A stretch of DNA of 64,000 bases from Takakia lepidozioides (lineage: Eukaryota > Plantae > Bryophyta): assembly GCA_030704615.1 (NCBI GenBank), contig CM060731.1, positions 85,312,001 to 85,376,000 of the forward strand, given 5' to 3'. A program made the position numbers and the translations under genes. Position 1 is the first letter of the stretch, and the number at the start of each line of letters is the position of its first letter. The notes beneath the pieces were generated by a model, which did no database searches, was not told where the DNA came from, and worked only from the letters and a program-made list of their open reading frames with translations. Positions 62,855 to 64,000 of this stretch are shown here, one piece after another.

Positions 62855-64000
62855 CTAGCTTAAGAATCCGATTGCAAAAACTTGTATTGTACAAAATGTG
62901 CTATAAATGAAATGGATTCCAAATGTTGTGCGTCCTATTTTGTTTGGAATGGTGATGCATGGTATGGTTGGCTAGTGTGTAGAATGCATGCTAGCTTATA
63001 AAAGTGGGAGAGGTAAATTGGGTTAATCGTGTGTTTGCGTAGTGCCGAAATCGGGTGACCCCATCCAAGGGGCAACGAAACTTGCGCCTTCTTTGGGAGT
63101 TCACGTGCTAGTGCGCACCTGGCGCGTGCGCATACTATAACTGCGCTACCGAGGGGGTTGCCTTGTAGTGCGGGCTAACGCGGAAGCTACGTGCTTCCGT
63201 TCACGTACTATAATCGTGTAGCCTCGGGACAAAGTCGTAGTGCGGCTTCGGCGCGTTCCCGTACCTCAGGCCAGCATTCCAAGGCGGACCCAATTGTAGT
63301 GATTGGGGCGCACGGTTGGTTCAAGGTTATCTTCCTAGTCAAAGAGGGTTCCAGGGAACCCTTGCTCAAGATGATGCCAAAAGCGGCATCATGAGCGGTC
63401 GCAAGCAATGTTGTTGCAGTAAGGCGATTCGATCCTCGGGGAGGATCGTTCCTTGGCCTTAAAGTAGGCCAAGAAGAGTGCACTGGGAGGAGCTTGAGAG
63501 GCTCCACCCTTGGCCGGGACTTGGAGGAAGTCGGCCGAACTAGCTAGTGGAGAGTAGAGTCAAGTGTGGGGTTTGGTTCTTTGCCATGGGACGCCATGGT
63601 GCGGAAACAAACTCCTTGATGTGGGACGCCACAACTTGGATGTTCGTTTCTACAAAATGGACAAGTCGATGAGGACATCGACTCCCTGTTGGTAGGGGTG
63701 TGTGTCGCGGCCCTTTGCCTTGAGGGCAGGGGGTCGGGACACATGAGGGGCTGCCCCTGTGGTGGGGGCAGCGGCAGCGATAGGTATGGGGAGGCTGAAG
63801 CACCCTTGAGTGCCCAAGGCACTCAAGGAGGCGGAGGCGCTCACTAGGTGGAGCCCCGCACACCGGGTTGCGGTGGGGGTGGCTCCACAAGGGGTGGTGG
63901 TAGCTTAGCGGGACTTAGTGGGGGTGGCATAGGACTCACCATAGGGTGGAGACCTCGTGGTGGGAGTCGTGGGGCGGGAGTCGAGGGTCTTCGTGGTGGT

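Larger units (their letters stand above)
57457..64000 (+). mobile_element. Chromovirus Ty3/gypsy (Galadriel/Tcn1-like), near complete; 3' LTR starts at 63703 and runs off the window
   Basis: 5' LTR TGTCGCG(57457)...CGCGACA(58182); gag [18 protein letters not shown], protease VDTGAS, RT YIDD, RH, IN, GPF, chromodomain YEVETIL...YLVKWKGY...ASW. Confidence 0.95.

Noticed and set aside
63020-63330. Hammerhead ribozyme/retrozyme
   Set aside because: CGAAAC is present but I found no CUGANGA core.
1-64000. tRNA, rRNA or snRNA genes
   Set aside because: None recognised by eye; a covariance-model scan would be needed to exclude them.

Overview
Eukaryotic, plant-type nuclear DNA (GT-AG introns, embryophyte-like genes). 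The host is probably a non-seed land plant or other streptophyte; that is an inference. Only two host genes are recognisable: the 3' part of a TBC1D5-like Rab-GAP (+, 230-3260) and a 9-exon SEC23A-like gene (-, 21693-28923) with a stop and two homopolymer frameshifts. The rest is a nested, repeatedly inverted transposon cluster. (1) A Ty3/gypsy element carries a DNMT3-like C5-cytosine methyltransferase in frame ahead of RT and a PHD finger after integrase; the upstream part of the DNMT lies 10.4 kb away on the other strand. (2) Four pieces of a Mutator-like (GCM-like Zn domain, DDE, SWIM) transposase family occur, three of them beside arrays of a shared CG-rich palindrome. (3) Nearby intron-containing pseudogenes encode a ParB/Srx domain plus an FCP1/HAD phosphatase and a TnpA-like C-terminal domain, and separately a beta-class amino-methyltransferase-like domain. 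(4) Two non-chromovirus gypsy copies point toward each other and are fused internally. (5) A near-complete chromovirus and a LINE ORF1 remnant are also present. All domain calls come from manual motif recognition, not database searches.
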